Assembly (NCBI GenBank): GCA_013265495.1
Contig: MU058824.1
Span: forward strand, 868,001 to 932,000
Source: Vicugna vicugna
Lineage: Eukaryota
Direction: 5' to 3'
DNA: 64,000 nucleotides
Below are positions 36,739 to 49,530 of the stretch, piece by piece; within the stretch, counting starts at the first letter, position 1, and the number at the start of each line of letters is the position of its first letter. A program made the translations under genes and the position numbers. The notes under the pieces are model-generated. The model was given only the letters and a program-made list of their open reading frames with translations. It searched no databases and was not told the DNA's origin.

Positions 36739-38949
36739 GATTTTGTTTAAGCTTTGGTTTTGGTTTCCTGAAATTATGTTGAGAGTAAATTGGAGATACC
36801 ATGATCTTTCACCACTTAATATTCAGTATGTCCTAAGAACAAGGACATTTCCTTTCGTAACCACAGTTATCAAGTTCAGAAAATTTAACATCACAATACT
36901 ACTATTTCATCTACAGCTGATATTTAATCAACAATGCCCTTTATATTTTTTGCCCCTCCCTCCCCATCCTCTCCCCATGCCACCCACCAGTCTAGGATCT
37001 AATCCAGGATCATGCAACGAGGCATTGCATTCAGTTATGTGTTTCTTTAATCTCTTTATTCTAGAACTCATTGATCATTTTTTATTCTTTTGCCTTTCTT
37101 GACCTTGACATTTTTTAAGAAAACAGGCCACTTATTTTGTAAAATGTGCATCAATTTGGATTGATACACAGTTTATTAATAATTAGATACAGGGATGCTA
37201 TTGATTTCCATATGTTGATTTTTATAATGTGCTACTGCACTACATTCTTCTGTTGTTTGTGGTAGTTTTTTTTTTTCCTGAAATTTCTTGTGTTTTCCAA
37301 ATACAGAACCAGACCAGCTGCATATACGTAGGGGTAGTTTTTATCTCTTCCTTTCCAATTCTCATGCTTCTGTTGTGAGAGACCCAGAAGGGCATTTGGA
37401 CCTTGCCCTCTGAATAATGCTTAATCTTTTCTGACTGCCTCCGCCTGGCTGCAGATTCACTACTTGGGAAGGACTGAACATTTCTGAGAGGAATTTGTTT
37501 TTCCCGAAGTGTGTATATATGGATAGGTAGTGGTGGTGGCTGGCAGGCTGATGAACGCTGTACTCATCCAATCTCCAAGTGAAATAGGGTTCGGTGGGGG
37601 AAGAGGAGAATTTTCTGCTACAAAGTACAGAGATGCGTTCATTGGTTATAAAAACATTTAGTGAGAACACACTGTGTCACAGCCTGTGCTAGATAATAAG
37701 GCTATAAAAAAGCTTGATTAGCAGTTGGGGAAAAAATCATTTAAAATCTATTTTATATCACAGGTATGAATTATTCTAGGTATAATAAATAGTCAAATAA
37801 CAAAAGAAAAGCCAAATACAAACATACAAACAAAAATCATAAAACTTCCAGAGTTTAGAGAAAGGCAAGGAAGGTTACAAATGATTGAAGAAGTCACAAA
37901 GAACAAAGACTGGCAGACTGACTATGTAAAAGTTAAATCACTTTGGCATAATCGAAATCAAAAGACAAACCTTCAGAAAGGATAGAAAGTTAACATTTAC
38001 TTGGAAAATACATATGAATTGAAACCACCTCCCCCCCTCCAAAAAAACCCACCACTAAGAATGACCTCAGTACCTAAATGAACAAGGAAATGAAAACTAG
38101 AACCATAGTGAGGTGTGAACTTTTGCTTATTAAAGTTAATCGTGTGTGTGTGTTATGCTAAAGAGAAATGTTTTTGTTTTAAAGATGGGTGCTGAAAGCC
38201 TATAAGTGGAAAAGTCATCTTTGTTGGAAAAGTAAATCACTTTGGTAGGAAGGGAAGCTTCCAGGGCTTGGTTTGAATGAGCACAGATGAGAAAAGAGAT
38301 GAATTGCTCTGCAGAGCCAAGTGGTAAAGACTGAGCTTAGGGGACAGTGAGGGTGTGTGTGTAGTGTTGGTGGGTGGTTCTGAAGGGGGTGGGATAAGGA
38401 AGACTGAACAAGGAGAGTCACAGGGAGAAGAAAAGGGAGCAATTTGGTCTCTGTGGGAATGGCTTATGAAATTCGGGGACAGAGATACGGTGTTTTGTTA
38501 AATTTTAAGTTATCCACTGAGCTGTGCTAGAATCCTTGGTAAACTGCATAAATCCTTCAGGGGAAACTACAGTGCTTTGAGGAAATCAAGGAAAGAGGGC
38601 TATTTTCCCATTTGGGTTGAGACAGAACTAAAGAAGGAAACACCCCCAAGAGGTGAGAAGCAACTGAGAATCAGTGGCAAAAGTGGCTACTTCAAGCAAA
38701 AGGAGATAACAGGTAAAATCATTTTTAGATGAAAAACTATATGGCTATACTGGAAACCAAAAGGACAAGTTTCAAGGAACAGGATTAGGAAGGCACCCAG
38801 AGTCGTCAGGAATGGTTGAAGCCATTTGGCCGGTGGAAGCTGATGCAGGGACGGGTGTCAAAATGCTCAAGGAGGCAGGAGTTCTACATACCTCAGACTT
38901 GGCGAGGGTGTGCCCACTGTCAGAGCACATCAGCACAGCGATCAGACTC

Positions 38950-39175
38950 TCTAGTTCTCAAAGTGTGGTCCCCGTGCCAGCGGCAGCTGCATCCCCTGGG
39001 AGTATGTAATGAAAGCCAGTTCTTAGGTCCTATCTTTGTGAATTTCCTTTTGTGAGCATCTCTATAGATCATCTCTAGTCTAATTAGTAACTACTGAATC
39101 TGAAACTCTGGGGATGAGGCCCAAAATCTGTTGTAACAAGGTGATTCTGTTGCGTGTGAGAATTTGAGAACTGGT
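38950..39175. mobile_element. MER5A hAT-Charlie MITE carrying a ~55-bp foreign insertion
   Basis: GTTCTCAAAGTGTGGTCCC..CTACTGAATCTGAAACTCTGGGGATGAGGCCCA..GGTGATTCTG..TTTGAGAAC. Confidence 0.85.
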
Positions 39176-39209
39176 TTAAACTAAAGCTCAGAGAGCAGAT
39201 TCTAAGTTA

Positions 39210-39330
39210 TTATTCATTCATTCATCAATTTATTTAGCAGATATTTATTAAGTGCCTATTGTGTGCCAGACAAGGTTATAGACTCAAGCAGTACAGAGGA
39301 GAACAAGAAGGATGAAGTCCTAGCTCTGGT
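39210..39330 (-). mobile_element. L2 3' end
   Basis: ATTCATTCATTCA..ATATTTATTAAGTGCCTATTGTGTGCCAGAC. Confidence 0.8.
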
Positions 39331-39439
39331 ACCATTGTGCCATCGTGTAAGGATTTTAGCATTTTCTTTCAGTCATTCTCGTGTGCCCCATATAATGTTA
39401 CTTATTAGCTCTACTTCTTGTTAGTCAAGAAATCATTAG

Positions 39440-40250
39440 GGTCATACTTTTCTTTTCTCATTCCACCTCAGGAAATCTTGTTGACTCTACCTTCAGAATA
39501 TACCCAGAATTCAGCCTCTTCTTGTCAGCTCCACTGCCATTACCTTGGCCCAAGCCACTATTATCTATAATAATTGAGGTGAGAGATGATGGAGATTTGA
39601 GCCAGGGTCAAAGAGAAGGGTAGAGTAGTGATCAACTGGAGAGAGCATTGCCTCCACATATCACCCCAGTGATCTACCTACACTTCAAGTTACGTCATGA
39701 CACTCTTCTGCTAAATACCCACGTGACTTCGTATTTCGCTCAGGGTAAAAGCCCGTGTTCTTAAGAGTAGTAGACAAGGGTCTTCAAGGCTAAGCGTGAT
39801 TATCCCCTACTCCCACATCAGTGCTAATTAGTGTCTGTGTTGGCCGCCTTGCTGTGCTGTTTCTCTAACACCACAGAGAGACCCCTACACTCTGGCCTTT
39901 GCACTGGCTGATTCCTCTGTCTTGAACACATGTATTTGCCTGGCTAATTCAGTCACCTCCTTCAAATCTTGTTACCTTCTCAATGGCCTTGACTGTCTTA
40001 TGTAAGAGTAACCACATACTTATGGCCTGTAGTCCTGATTCCCTTCTTCCTACTCACTGTTGTTCCCATAGCACCAGCTTCAAAGGTACAATAGAATTTA
40101 TTTACATTATGCCTTGTCTGTCTCCTCCATTAGAGCAAAGCTCCCTGAGGCCAGGATCTTTGTCTGCTTCTTCTCTGCTGTAAACCAAATGCCCAGAACA
40201 TTGTTTGGCATATGGTGGACACTCAGTAAACATTTATTGAATTAATAAAT
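39440..40250 (+). mobile_element. L2 3' portion
   Basis: CTCTACCTTCAGAATATACCCAGAAT..GGCCTTTGCACTGGCTG..CTCAGTAAACATTTATTGAATTAAT. Confidence 0.8.
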
Positions 40251-40583
40251 AAAATGTTTAGTGTTGTGTGTTGCTATCATAAATCAGCTTTCTTTTCATG
40301 ATAGTTTCTGGCTGTTTCTCTTTCTGGTTCTCAGGAATTAGTTATTAGGCATCTAATAGACATTCTACCACTTTGTTTATCTTACATAGATTTCAGGTGG
40401 ATTCCCTTGGATTTTTAGAAGGTAATATTTTTCTCTTTTCCTTTTCAGTGTGAATTCCCTTTTGTGAGCATCTCTATAGAGCATCTCTAGTCTAATTAAA
40501 AACTGTAATATCCTATTCTTTCAGGGAGCATGCCTTTCTGTAGTCTCCCCATTAAGACTGATGATAACCTACTCATATGTATT

Positions 40584-40617
40584 TGTGTGTGTGTGTGTGT
40601 GTGTATGTGTGTGTGTA
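40584..40617. repeat. (TG)n microsatellite
   Basis: Directly visible, one interruption. Confidence 0.9.
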
Positions 40618-41719
40618 CACCCATTCTTACTCTTCAGAAATGCACAGATTTTTACCAAGTATGTGATTTTGTGTGTCTCTTGAGAAGCACTGTTGTTTGC
40701 TAGAAATACCCGAGCTACTAGTTTACAGCTGCCTCTGTCTCGCTGGATGTTTGAGCTATTTCCCACCTCCATGCCAGACTTCTCTCATCTGTAAAATGTG
40801 AACTTGGATGAGCTAATCCAAAGAGAGCTGTTTCCTAGCCCTAATGTAGCCACAAAACCCAATTTTTACTGCTTTGTCTATTGAAGTGATAGATTAAGCT
40901 AATAATTTTCCTTGTGTTGAACCAATTTTGCACTTTTGATGGAATCATTCCTTACTGCAGTCTCTGGCACATAAACAGTGTTCCATGAATGTGTGTTGAA
41001 GGAGGGAGAAAGAAAGAAAGAAATGGGAATGAAAAGATCATGAGATTTTGAATAGAAAAAAGCTGGGTTGAAATCTAATTTCTCCCAATAATATGCTGTG
41101 AGATTCAGAGTCTCAGTGTCATTTTTTGAAAAGGAAGATACTTATCTAAAATATTTATTTTGACAATTAAATGAGATTGTAAAAGTGAAAGAGCTTTGCC
41201 AACTGTATGATAGCATGAAATTATTATTATTATTATTATCATTGTAACAAAAATAAAGAGCTTACTAAATTCAGTGTACTCTATCAATATTACTAGTTGA
41301 AAGAGCATCAGATTTTTTCTGCTATTCTCAGCCTATGACGTGTAATTTGAAAATATCTGGCTTCCAATCAGCACCCCCACCCCAATATTCACTGTTTAAT
41401 CTAGTTTACCAGTATTACTGATATGTTTCCCAGAATGTCACACTTCATATCTCCTATGACCCCATCATGAGAACCAAGGGCTTCCGCATTTTGGCAGTTG
41501 TTGTGCCTGAAATATAGAAGGACTTAATACTAATTAACCATTGATTGTTTGACATGGGTATTGGCATTTTTTAAGATTTGGGTGAGGAACTGACAAGATC
41601 ACATTAACTGTAGTTATAATTCACTGCCTTTTTCTTTTTCATACAAGTTGGCATATGTATTTTCATCAAGGTGGTGGTTGTGACTCTCAGAGTAAGACAC
41701 TAAGCACAGACAGTAAAAA

Positions 41720-41925
41720 TATCCTAAAAAAATAAGCAGCTGTAGTGGAAATACTTTTGAACTGAGGGTTAGGAAACCTGACTTTACTCACCCCAACTCC
41801 ACCTCTAGCTGTGAGAATCTGAGCAAGTCTCCTAACATCTTTACCTCAGTTTCTTCACCTCTAAAAGAAGAGATTTAGAAAAGATCTCAGGGGACTTCCC
41901 AGCTGTGAAAGTCTATGATTCTAGA
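41720..41925 (+). mobile_element. MIR/MIR3 fragment (further MIR pieces at ~40710-40820 and 41040-41230)
   Basis: CTAGCTGTGAGAATCTGAGCAAGTCTCCTAACATCTTTACCTCAGTTTCTTCACCTCTAAAA. Confidence 0.7.
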
Positions 41926-43599
41926 TAATGGAATGAAATCTCAGTACTATGAAAACTCTTAAAAGCACTCAGATAAAAGTTAATAAAATTTAAAAGATAA
42001 AATGGTAACATCACTCTAAGGCAGATTAAGGCTAAAAAGGATTCTTAACACATTTAAAAAGTAATTAGTTGAATAAAGACACTACATAAAAAACTAAGAC
42101 CCAGTCACAACCTGAGAGCTATTAAAACAATGAAAAACTTCCCTTGAGCAGAAAGTAGTTGACTTTCAATGCCATAAAGAGCTGGAAAGAAAAAGGAAAG
42201 TTAATTAAATTCTTAGTTTTCTAAAAGCCAGGTAAAACAAACTCAGTATCACAGTAAACCACATTTTAAACAGTACACAGACATTAGAATTAATTTAGTG
42301 CAGCCCATGGACTGCAGGCAGAAGAGGCTACCCGAGCAAAGCCTACCCTTGGAATCCCATGTGTCATCTCGAATGACAGGGCACTGGGGACTACGGGTGG
42401 CTGGGGAGCCAGGCGCTGCTTGGCGGAAGTCCTCAGGCTGAGCACCTTGGACAGAAATCCCCCCCATTTAGCAGGAACCTGGAGCTTGCACAAACTCCTG
42501 CTTGTCAGAGGGAAGGGGCATCAGACACAGCTGACCCCAGCACAGCTTCTCTCCAGTTGAAAAGAATTGGACATGCTGACAGCTCCACATACCTGTTAGG
42601 TTTGGAACTCACAGCTGCTCATTTCCTGGCAGTTGATAAAAGCCCGGAGCAAATATGTCTGAGAAGAGCTTGGGCAACATGTGAGAACACTTGATCTAAG
42701 CCCTCTGACAGCCTGGAGAAATGCTGAGAATGCCTTACACAGCTTGTTAGCAAGAATCCACAAGCCTTCCATTTTGCATCTAGGTTTACAAAGTGGTTAC
42801 CTACAAACAGGAAGTATGAAAACAAGGAGAGGCAAGCTGACAGAACAACTTGAATCAACACCCTGATTCATCCTGAGCTGTTCTCTCTTCCACCTGAACA
42901 GAACCTCCTGTCTCTGAATTACCTTTTATTTGGATATAGATGGACTACATTGTATAAGAACATAAACCTCAAGGATACACCATTCATCTGTTCAACAAAA
43001 CATTTAGAGCACCTTCTGTATGCCAGGCACTGACCTATGCACTGGTGGACTTTATGATACAGATTTCTGGACCACTCATTTTTATTACACACCCTCATTA
43101 TATTATATATGTTCTTGCATGAATATCTGTAACAGGCACAAACACGTAATACTTCAAAATCAATTCACAATGTGTTTGTACTCTGATGCTAATATATCCA
43201 GTCTAGACTAGAGAATATTCCCTTGAAAACTGCCGTTGTAAATTTGACCTAATTATTTATGGTCCAAAGATACTATTGTGTGACCTGCTAACCGAATGTG
43301 AAGAAAGATTTGACATACTAAGTGTAGGAACATGGTATCTTTTGACAAGTGATGTTTAAACAGAGCCTGGAGTGTAAGAGGAGTTGGACACAAATGGGAG
43401 AGGAGGAGAGAGCATTCCAGGTAGAGGGAACAAAAGGTACAAGGGGCAGATTTCAGAGGGAGAACAAGTGAATGATGTCATGTGATACAGATGGGTGAAG
43501 AAGAACAAAGTACAGGAAGGGGCTGGAGATGTAGATGGGGAGTAGATCATAGTGAGGCAGCAGAATAAGGTGTGATGTCATCAGATTTTTATTTTAAAA

Positions 43600-46500
43600 A
43601 TTCGACATTTGACTTCTGGTAAAAAGTCTGTTTACTATAGTGCCCAGTTTATAACCTATTAAAATAATCGAAAGAACATAGAGAAGAACACTACATCTCC
43701 AACAGATATAGAGCTGCAACTTCCTATCATAGTCTATCATAGACTAAAGAGAATATCTGCCAAATCAGTGAATTTTGGGATCAATCTGAAGAAGGTGCTA
43801 AGAAATGATATATAAGCCTCCAGAACTCAGCATGGTCCAGAGTTCTCTAAAAGTAAACAAAATGGACATCAGTTCTGAGTTAAGGACTTGTACGCCAGAT
43901 CTACCTCCTGTCTGAGTGATCTGCTCAGGTGAAGTGGGCAAACAATAAAAATTAAGAAAAGAATTCTCTCTGAATATCTTCCTGAACAGTGTATCTGTAC
44001 CAAATATGTCTGCTGCTCCAGATCACTCCTCTGTCCCAACTGTACACACCAGTTTTGAGCAAATAGAACACTCAGGCAGAACAAACCCCTTCTCAAAGAA
44101 GAGGTGAATAAAAAAAGACCCACTGTGGGTCCTATGCTTAGACACTACAAAAAGGAAAAGAATAAGGAAAGTTAAGAAGTGAAAGCCAGATAGGGAGTTC
44201 ACATCCAACATAGAATCATTCCAGGCTATAAAAGAAAATTACTCCAGAATATAGAAAAAAGTTTCAGATAAATACTTTTTCAACCCTCAGAGAAGTTAAA
44301 AAGAACAATGGCCCCCTTGAAAAGGAAAGCACAGCAGAGATATAAAGAGCTCAAGGAGGAGATTCTAAGATGACAAAGAGAAAAAGTGAGCTGACAATGT
44401 TTAGGAAAGAAACTGAACACAATATTGAAACTGCTATAGAAAGGGAAGTCACCTTAGAAACTGTAATAGCCAGAGCATGAGTAAATTAGGGAAAATGGAA
44501 AGATGTTTATAAATTGTTAGAAAGAAAAACTATCGACATGGAAAAGAAAGGACAAACAGCTTAAGCAAATCAGTGTTTCTGGAAAAGAGAACATGAGACA
44601 TAAATGCATTGCAAGATGTCATAGAAGAAAACTTCCCTGTAATAAACCAAGAACTGAACCTGCAGAAAAACAGAACACTCATTCCAGAAAGAAAAAAAAA
44701 CTCAAAACAAAAAAACCTTGAGGTATATCTTGAGTTACTGCAAATGATAGAGAGTGTTGTAACTGTAATTTTATGTAAATATAATATGTAAATTATTCTA
44801 AGTAAAAAAGAAAATCAAGCTGGTCTCTGATTTCTCCATTGCAACATTCAGTTTCAGAATACTGGAACACTTGTGTGCAGAGTTACAGAGAATGTTTTAC
44901 ACAAACATTTTATATGTATCAAATTATGACTTATGTATGAAGGTAATATGCAGGTATCTCTTAAATCAAACAAACAAACAAAAAAATCATTCAAGGAATG
45001 AAGCAGCCGTGAGCCCTTCTTGAAAAAAATATCTATCTATATTCAAAATCCAGTTGATAGTCCAGGGACATATACCACAGTACTGATTTTTTTCTTCATG
45101 TGTCCCTGTGTTTGTTTATGTAATAATAGTCATAGGAACACTAGGAATGGCACTAATAATAGTGATAATAGCAACAACCATTTATTTGATGCTTCCTAAA
45201 TGCTAGGCACTTTACACTCAGACAAACCTTACAGGGCCCTATGAAGTAGTAGTATTTTCACCCCATTTTATAGTTGGAGAAACACCTATACTCTGAATAA
45301 GCGGAGTTTTAGACCTACTAAGCCGCAGACCCACATGTTGACTCTTCATTTTCTGACCCTTCCATTTATATCTCTTTCATCACTTTAATCTCTGTGTCTT
45401 TTTCCTCTGCATTCTGAGAGATTGCCTTAAGTTTACCCTTGACATTACAGATCTGATTTTCTGAAAAGTTAGTCCTGTTCTTTGCTGCCTTTGCCAATTA
45501 TCAAATTACTGTAGCATTGTCTTTACATATATTCTTTAATTAGCTATTTCACTACGTAGTAATATATTGTCTTACCATATCATCTTTTATCTCTTCTCTT
45601 TTAGAATCTTTGATTTTCTCAAGGGTGTAAGGCAGACTGTCTCTCAAATATTTACTTCTGTGACCTGAATGAAATACACATTTTAAGAATGGACTTTCTC
45701 TGTCTCTGAGTGCTACATTTATTTTCTATGTTGTATAAAGTTTTTTACTAGCCCCTCTGTGAGATGTGTACATGTGTGTTTATATCTGAATATTTGGTCC
45801 TATATTTGCCCAAAATTAAGGTAGATGAATTCTTCTTAGGTCTTACTTGGATAGACTTAGAATCTCTGGGTCTTAAACTGGAGGGCTGGTTGACCAGCTC
45901 AGGGATGCAGCTGTCTATCAGGAAAGATCTTGTACCAGGGGAGCTTTATGTTAAAACTTTCTGTGCCCAGATCTCCGTCTGGCTTAGACTCCATTCCATG
46001 TAAATAGAGTGTCTGTGTCCGGCAGCCTTTGTGTATTTCTGTCTTCCATATCAGGGAATATCTGGCCACATCAGAAAAGAGTCGAACCGCTTTAGAGAAG
46101 CTCCTGCTCAAAGACCCTGTGGTTTTGGGGTTTCTGCTGGGAGCCACACGTTTCCCCTGGGTGGCCAGCACAGCTGATTCCCAAAGATTTTTCTGTGGTA
46201 GCAAATGCATTTTCCAGTGAAGAAGTCCCTGCTCTGTCATGGCCTAATCTGGCCTCCAATCTGAACCCCTCAGGAATTAGGAGTACGCTTTGCCTTGGAG
46301 ATTTCCTTCAATCATATGCCCAGTAGTTCCATTTGAAGAGCAGAAATTCCTCAAAATTTGTGATGTGTGGTTGAGATACTACTCTAGCACCACAGGTGAT
46401 GTTATTTGCCCCTATTTAAAATTTTTCAGTAGATAATTTCAGTTGGTGTGTTAGAGGAGCTTAATGTCTATATATACACAGCAATATCTTTCCCTCCAAC

Positions 46501-46880
46501 ATCTTTCCAATATTTTGGTTTTGACATCTGCTCCTGGTCCCTCAACTGGGGGAACCTCATCAGAGGTTCTTCTCTGGCTTACTGGATTCAGATCTGCACA
46601 TGTCTTCTGGCTCTATATAGCCTCTAATGCCACTCTGTGCTGCACTTGAGGGGAGAGCCCTCTGCCAAGCACAGTTTAGGGGCACCCTCTGACTGGATAT
46701 TTCTATTCTCACTGCCATTTGGGGTTGGAAAGTTTGGACAGTTCTCAACCATTTATTAAGATCTTAATTTTTATTACTTTTTGAATAAAATTTTGAAATG
46801 GATCTTAATTCTTTGTCATATTTGCTTCAATTATTTCTCCCTTATCTGTTTTCCTTTTTTCTGTTAAATGAAAGTGTTCA
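43600..46880. mobile_element. Ancient L1M/HAL1-like 5'/ORF1 remnants in opposite orientations (~43600-45060 +, ~45330-46880 -) around a MIR
   Basis: A-rich ORF1-like text (ATAGAAGAAAACTTCCCTG..AAAATCAAGCTGGTCTCTGATTTCTC; ORF 44609 DVIEENFP..ELNLQ), then T-rich mirror text. Confidence 0.5.
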
Positions 46881-47965
46881 GCTCAGTTTTAAGATGCTTT
46901 GTGACCTAAAAGGGACCAGAGTCTGGAGGGAATCAAAGTTAATTTAGAAACTGAAAGCCCATGTCTATGTTTCCTTGGCAGAATCGAAAGTGACTAAAAG
47001 ATTCTGTCAGTGTGATTCAACTCAGCTATTTTGTAAAGCCCCGGGCAGGGGTAATGATGGGAGAGGACACCCAGAAATAGCAGCCTCGTCAATCATGAGC
47101 ACAACTTATGAAGGCCACAGTGAATGGAGCAAACCTGTTCTACTTAAGTCTCCTTATGCTAGGGTTGAGACATGCCCATGGATAAGGAGAGAATTTTTTC
47201 AGTGAATGATCAGGGTGAAACAACCTCCACCAAAGGAAAAGCTGATTCTCAGAAAAGGGAAACATAGGCTAATGTTTCATGTAAAGGCAAAACTGGAAGT
47301 TACTGGGCCCTATAATATGTAGCTGTTCCTCTGTTAGAATTGCTTTAAAGTTACGCTTGGATTCCAAAGGAAAATGATTCAAATTTCCCGTGGCCTGAAG
47401 CCTCTGAACCAATAGTCTAGGCAGGAATGTGATGAGTGATCAAGCACTCTAGAGCTCCCTGCTGCTCTCCCAGGAGGCTTTAGCTGGGCTCCCAGCAGAG
47501 GGTTCTGAATATATGACAGGACAAAGTGTCTTGTGAACACCAAAGGGTTATTCTGGTCAGATAGCAGAGAGAAGCAGCTATTTGGACTATAAGGAGGATA
47601 GTGGTGGGGGCAGCTGATCTGAGGTGGGGCCACTAATGGGACACCAGCTTTGGAAGGGGAGGTGCTGACAGCATTGGTTGGGATATGAGTTGTGTTGACA
47701 GAAGTCAAATCAGCAGACACCAGAGCAGCAGGCAGGAGCTTGCATGAGTTGTCCCAGATACAATGCTTCTCTCCCAGTGAATTTCCAGCATGCATGATAT
47801 CTAGCTAGAACTCAAGCAGAAATGCACTGATGCTCTTTTGCTTTGCTACTTGTGAACAGTCTTTTAGAACCTAGCCATCCATAAGTAGTAGAATTTTTGT
47901 ACTCAGGTGAAAAACCAAGTAACTGAAGGCTTTTTTATTACAGGTTGTCATTCATGTGGCAACCA

Positions 47966-48143
47966 CCATATTTCTTCAAATGAAGATAGTATTGGTTCTA
48001 TGATACGTAATTATTCCACTTACACTAGGAAAGAAAAATACTGCCAAATAACCTAAGACATAGTAATGATTTCAAGTTGCATCCTGATTTCAGAGACGTT
48101 AAAAAGTGGAAAAAAAATGCATCTTAGAACTGGTGAAATACTG
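47966..48143. mobile_element. MER104-like TcMar-Tc2 MITE
   Basis: TIR-like ends CCATATTTCTTC.. and ..GGTGAAATACTG; internal GCATCCTGATTTCAGAGACGTTAAAA..GCATCTTAGAA. Confidence 0.7.
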
Positions 48144-48144
48144 T

Positions 48145-48730
48145 ATATGTCAGGCACTGTCCTAGGGCTACCATAACATAGGGCTACCAAAAAGATAGAT
48201 TTCAAGAAACGTGTAGTCTGAGGGGGAAGGCAATGCTGAAAAAGTGATTGCAAGTGTGATTGCACTTGCTGGAGGAGCACGAGAGTCTTCTCCAAGAGAG
48301 TGACACTAAAGTTGAGACCTGATGGGGGAGCAGGTATTAGCAAAATGGGTATAAAGGTAGAACTTTCTAGGAAGAGGGATTAGCATGTGCAAAGGCTCTG
48401 AAATGGGGAAGGTCAGGTGTGAGCAAGGGTGAGGGTAACGGGAAAGAGTCAGGCAAGGACAAATCACATGGGTATTAAACCCACATTAAGGAGTTAGGTT
48501 TACCTAAGAGTAATGGGAGGCCACAGGTAGGGTTTAAGAGAGCAACAAGATCAGATTGTGTGTTGTAAAAACCACTTCACTGGTAGTGTCGCTGTGAGAG
48601 AAGCATAAGAACAGGTGCAGGAGGATCAGTTAGGAGACTTGCAGCAGTTTAGATAAGAACATATAATGATTTATAATGGGGTGCTGGCAGTGAGGATGGA
48701 AAGAAATGAGGACTCAAGCACATTTTAAAG
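48145..48730 (-). mobile_element. L2 fragment
   Basis: TATGTCAGGCACTGTCCTAGG..GCATGTGCAAAGGCTCTGA..AATGGGAGGCCAC..CAGTTAGGAGACT. Confidence 0.8.
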
Positions 48731-49219
48731 GGACCAACGACCTCTCTGTTTTGTTTATTTGATTTTTTTTTTGGCAGAAGGGGAGGGGAGTTTGATTAGC
48801 ATCCAACAGAATAAGAATATGACTATAGAAAATTCCAGCTGCAGATGGAGTCAGTTTCTGATTTTCCAGTGTTGATTGTGACTTGCTTGAAAATGAAGAT
48901 TCTATACATTTGGATTTTTCTTAAACCAAGATACACTGCTATGTTGGGGTCAAAAATGATTCCAGTGTTATAATCACAGATCTTCCTCCTCCAATTTATT
49001 TAACTAATTCTCTAGAAATTATTGCCATTACCTTAGATAACTTCATGCTTATGACCATAAATTGTGAAGTTTTATATATTGAATTATGTTTTAAAAAATT
49101 TAGAAGCATCCTAACAAGAAGCAGTCACTTAAGGAAGCTTTTAGCCAGGAAATATTTCTAATTTGTATGGGACTATTAAGTACATGTTTATAAAATGAGA
49201 GACAATTGTGTTGTCCTCA

Positions 49220-49530
49220 AAAAGCACTGCCCTAGAAATAAGAAAGCCTGGTTGAGTCCTAATGTTCTTAACACACTACTTATGTGACATTGGGCAAGCC
49301 ATCCAAGTACATTTCATCTGTGCAAAAAAGGAAGAGGATCTCTCTACCTTGCAGGGTTATAGAAACACCAGATGAGATTGAAAGCAACTATTTATTGGGC
49401 TCCTATTTTGTACTAGAGACTATGCCAGGCAGAAGGGATACAGTGGTGCACAAGACAGCCATAGTTTCTGTCCTCAAGAAGATTCTCATTGCAGAAAGTA
49501 AGTTGCATACTATAAACTGCTATGGATATG
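49220..49530. mobile_element. MIR (+) followed by an L2 3' end (-)
   Basis: ATGTGACATTGGGCAAG..TCATCTGTGCAAA; TATTTATTGGGCTCCTATTTTGTACTAGAGACTATGCCAGGC. Confidence 0.7.

Larger units (their letters stand above)
34790..37365 (-). mobile_element. Ancient L1M composite with a nested L1MC-like 3' end (~36535-37165)
   Basis: Antisense L1 3'/ORF2 text (ATTTTGCATTCCCACTAGCAATGTATGA; GGGTCTATTTCTGGATTTTCTATTCT); TAATTTCAGACTTACAGAAAA.. L1MC-type terminus. Confidence 0.75.

Noticed and set aside
36641..37102. Longest ORF in the track (153 aa)
   Set aside because: Runs through (AC)n and an antisense L1 3'UTR; no protein features
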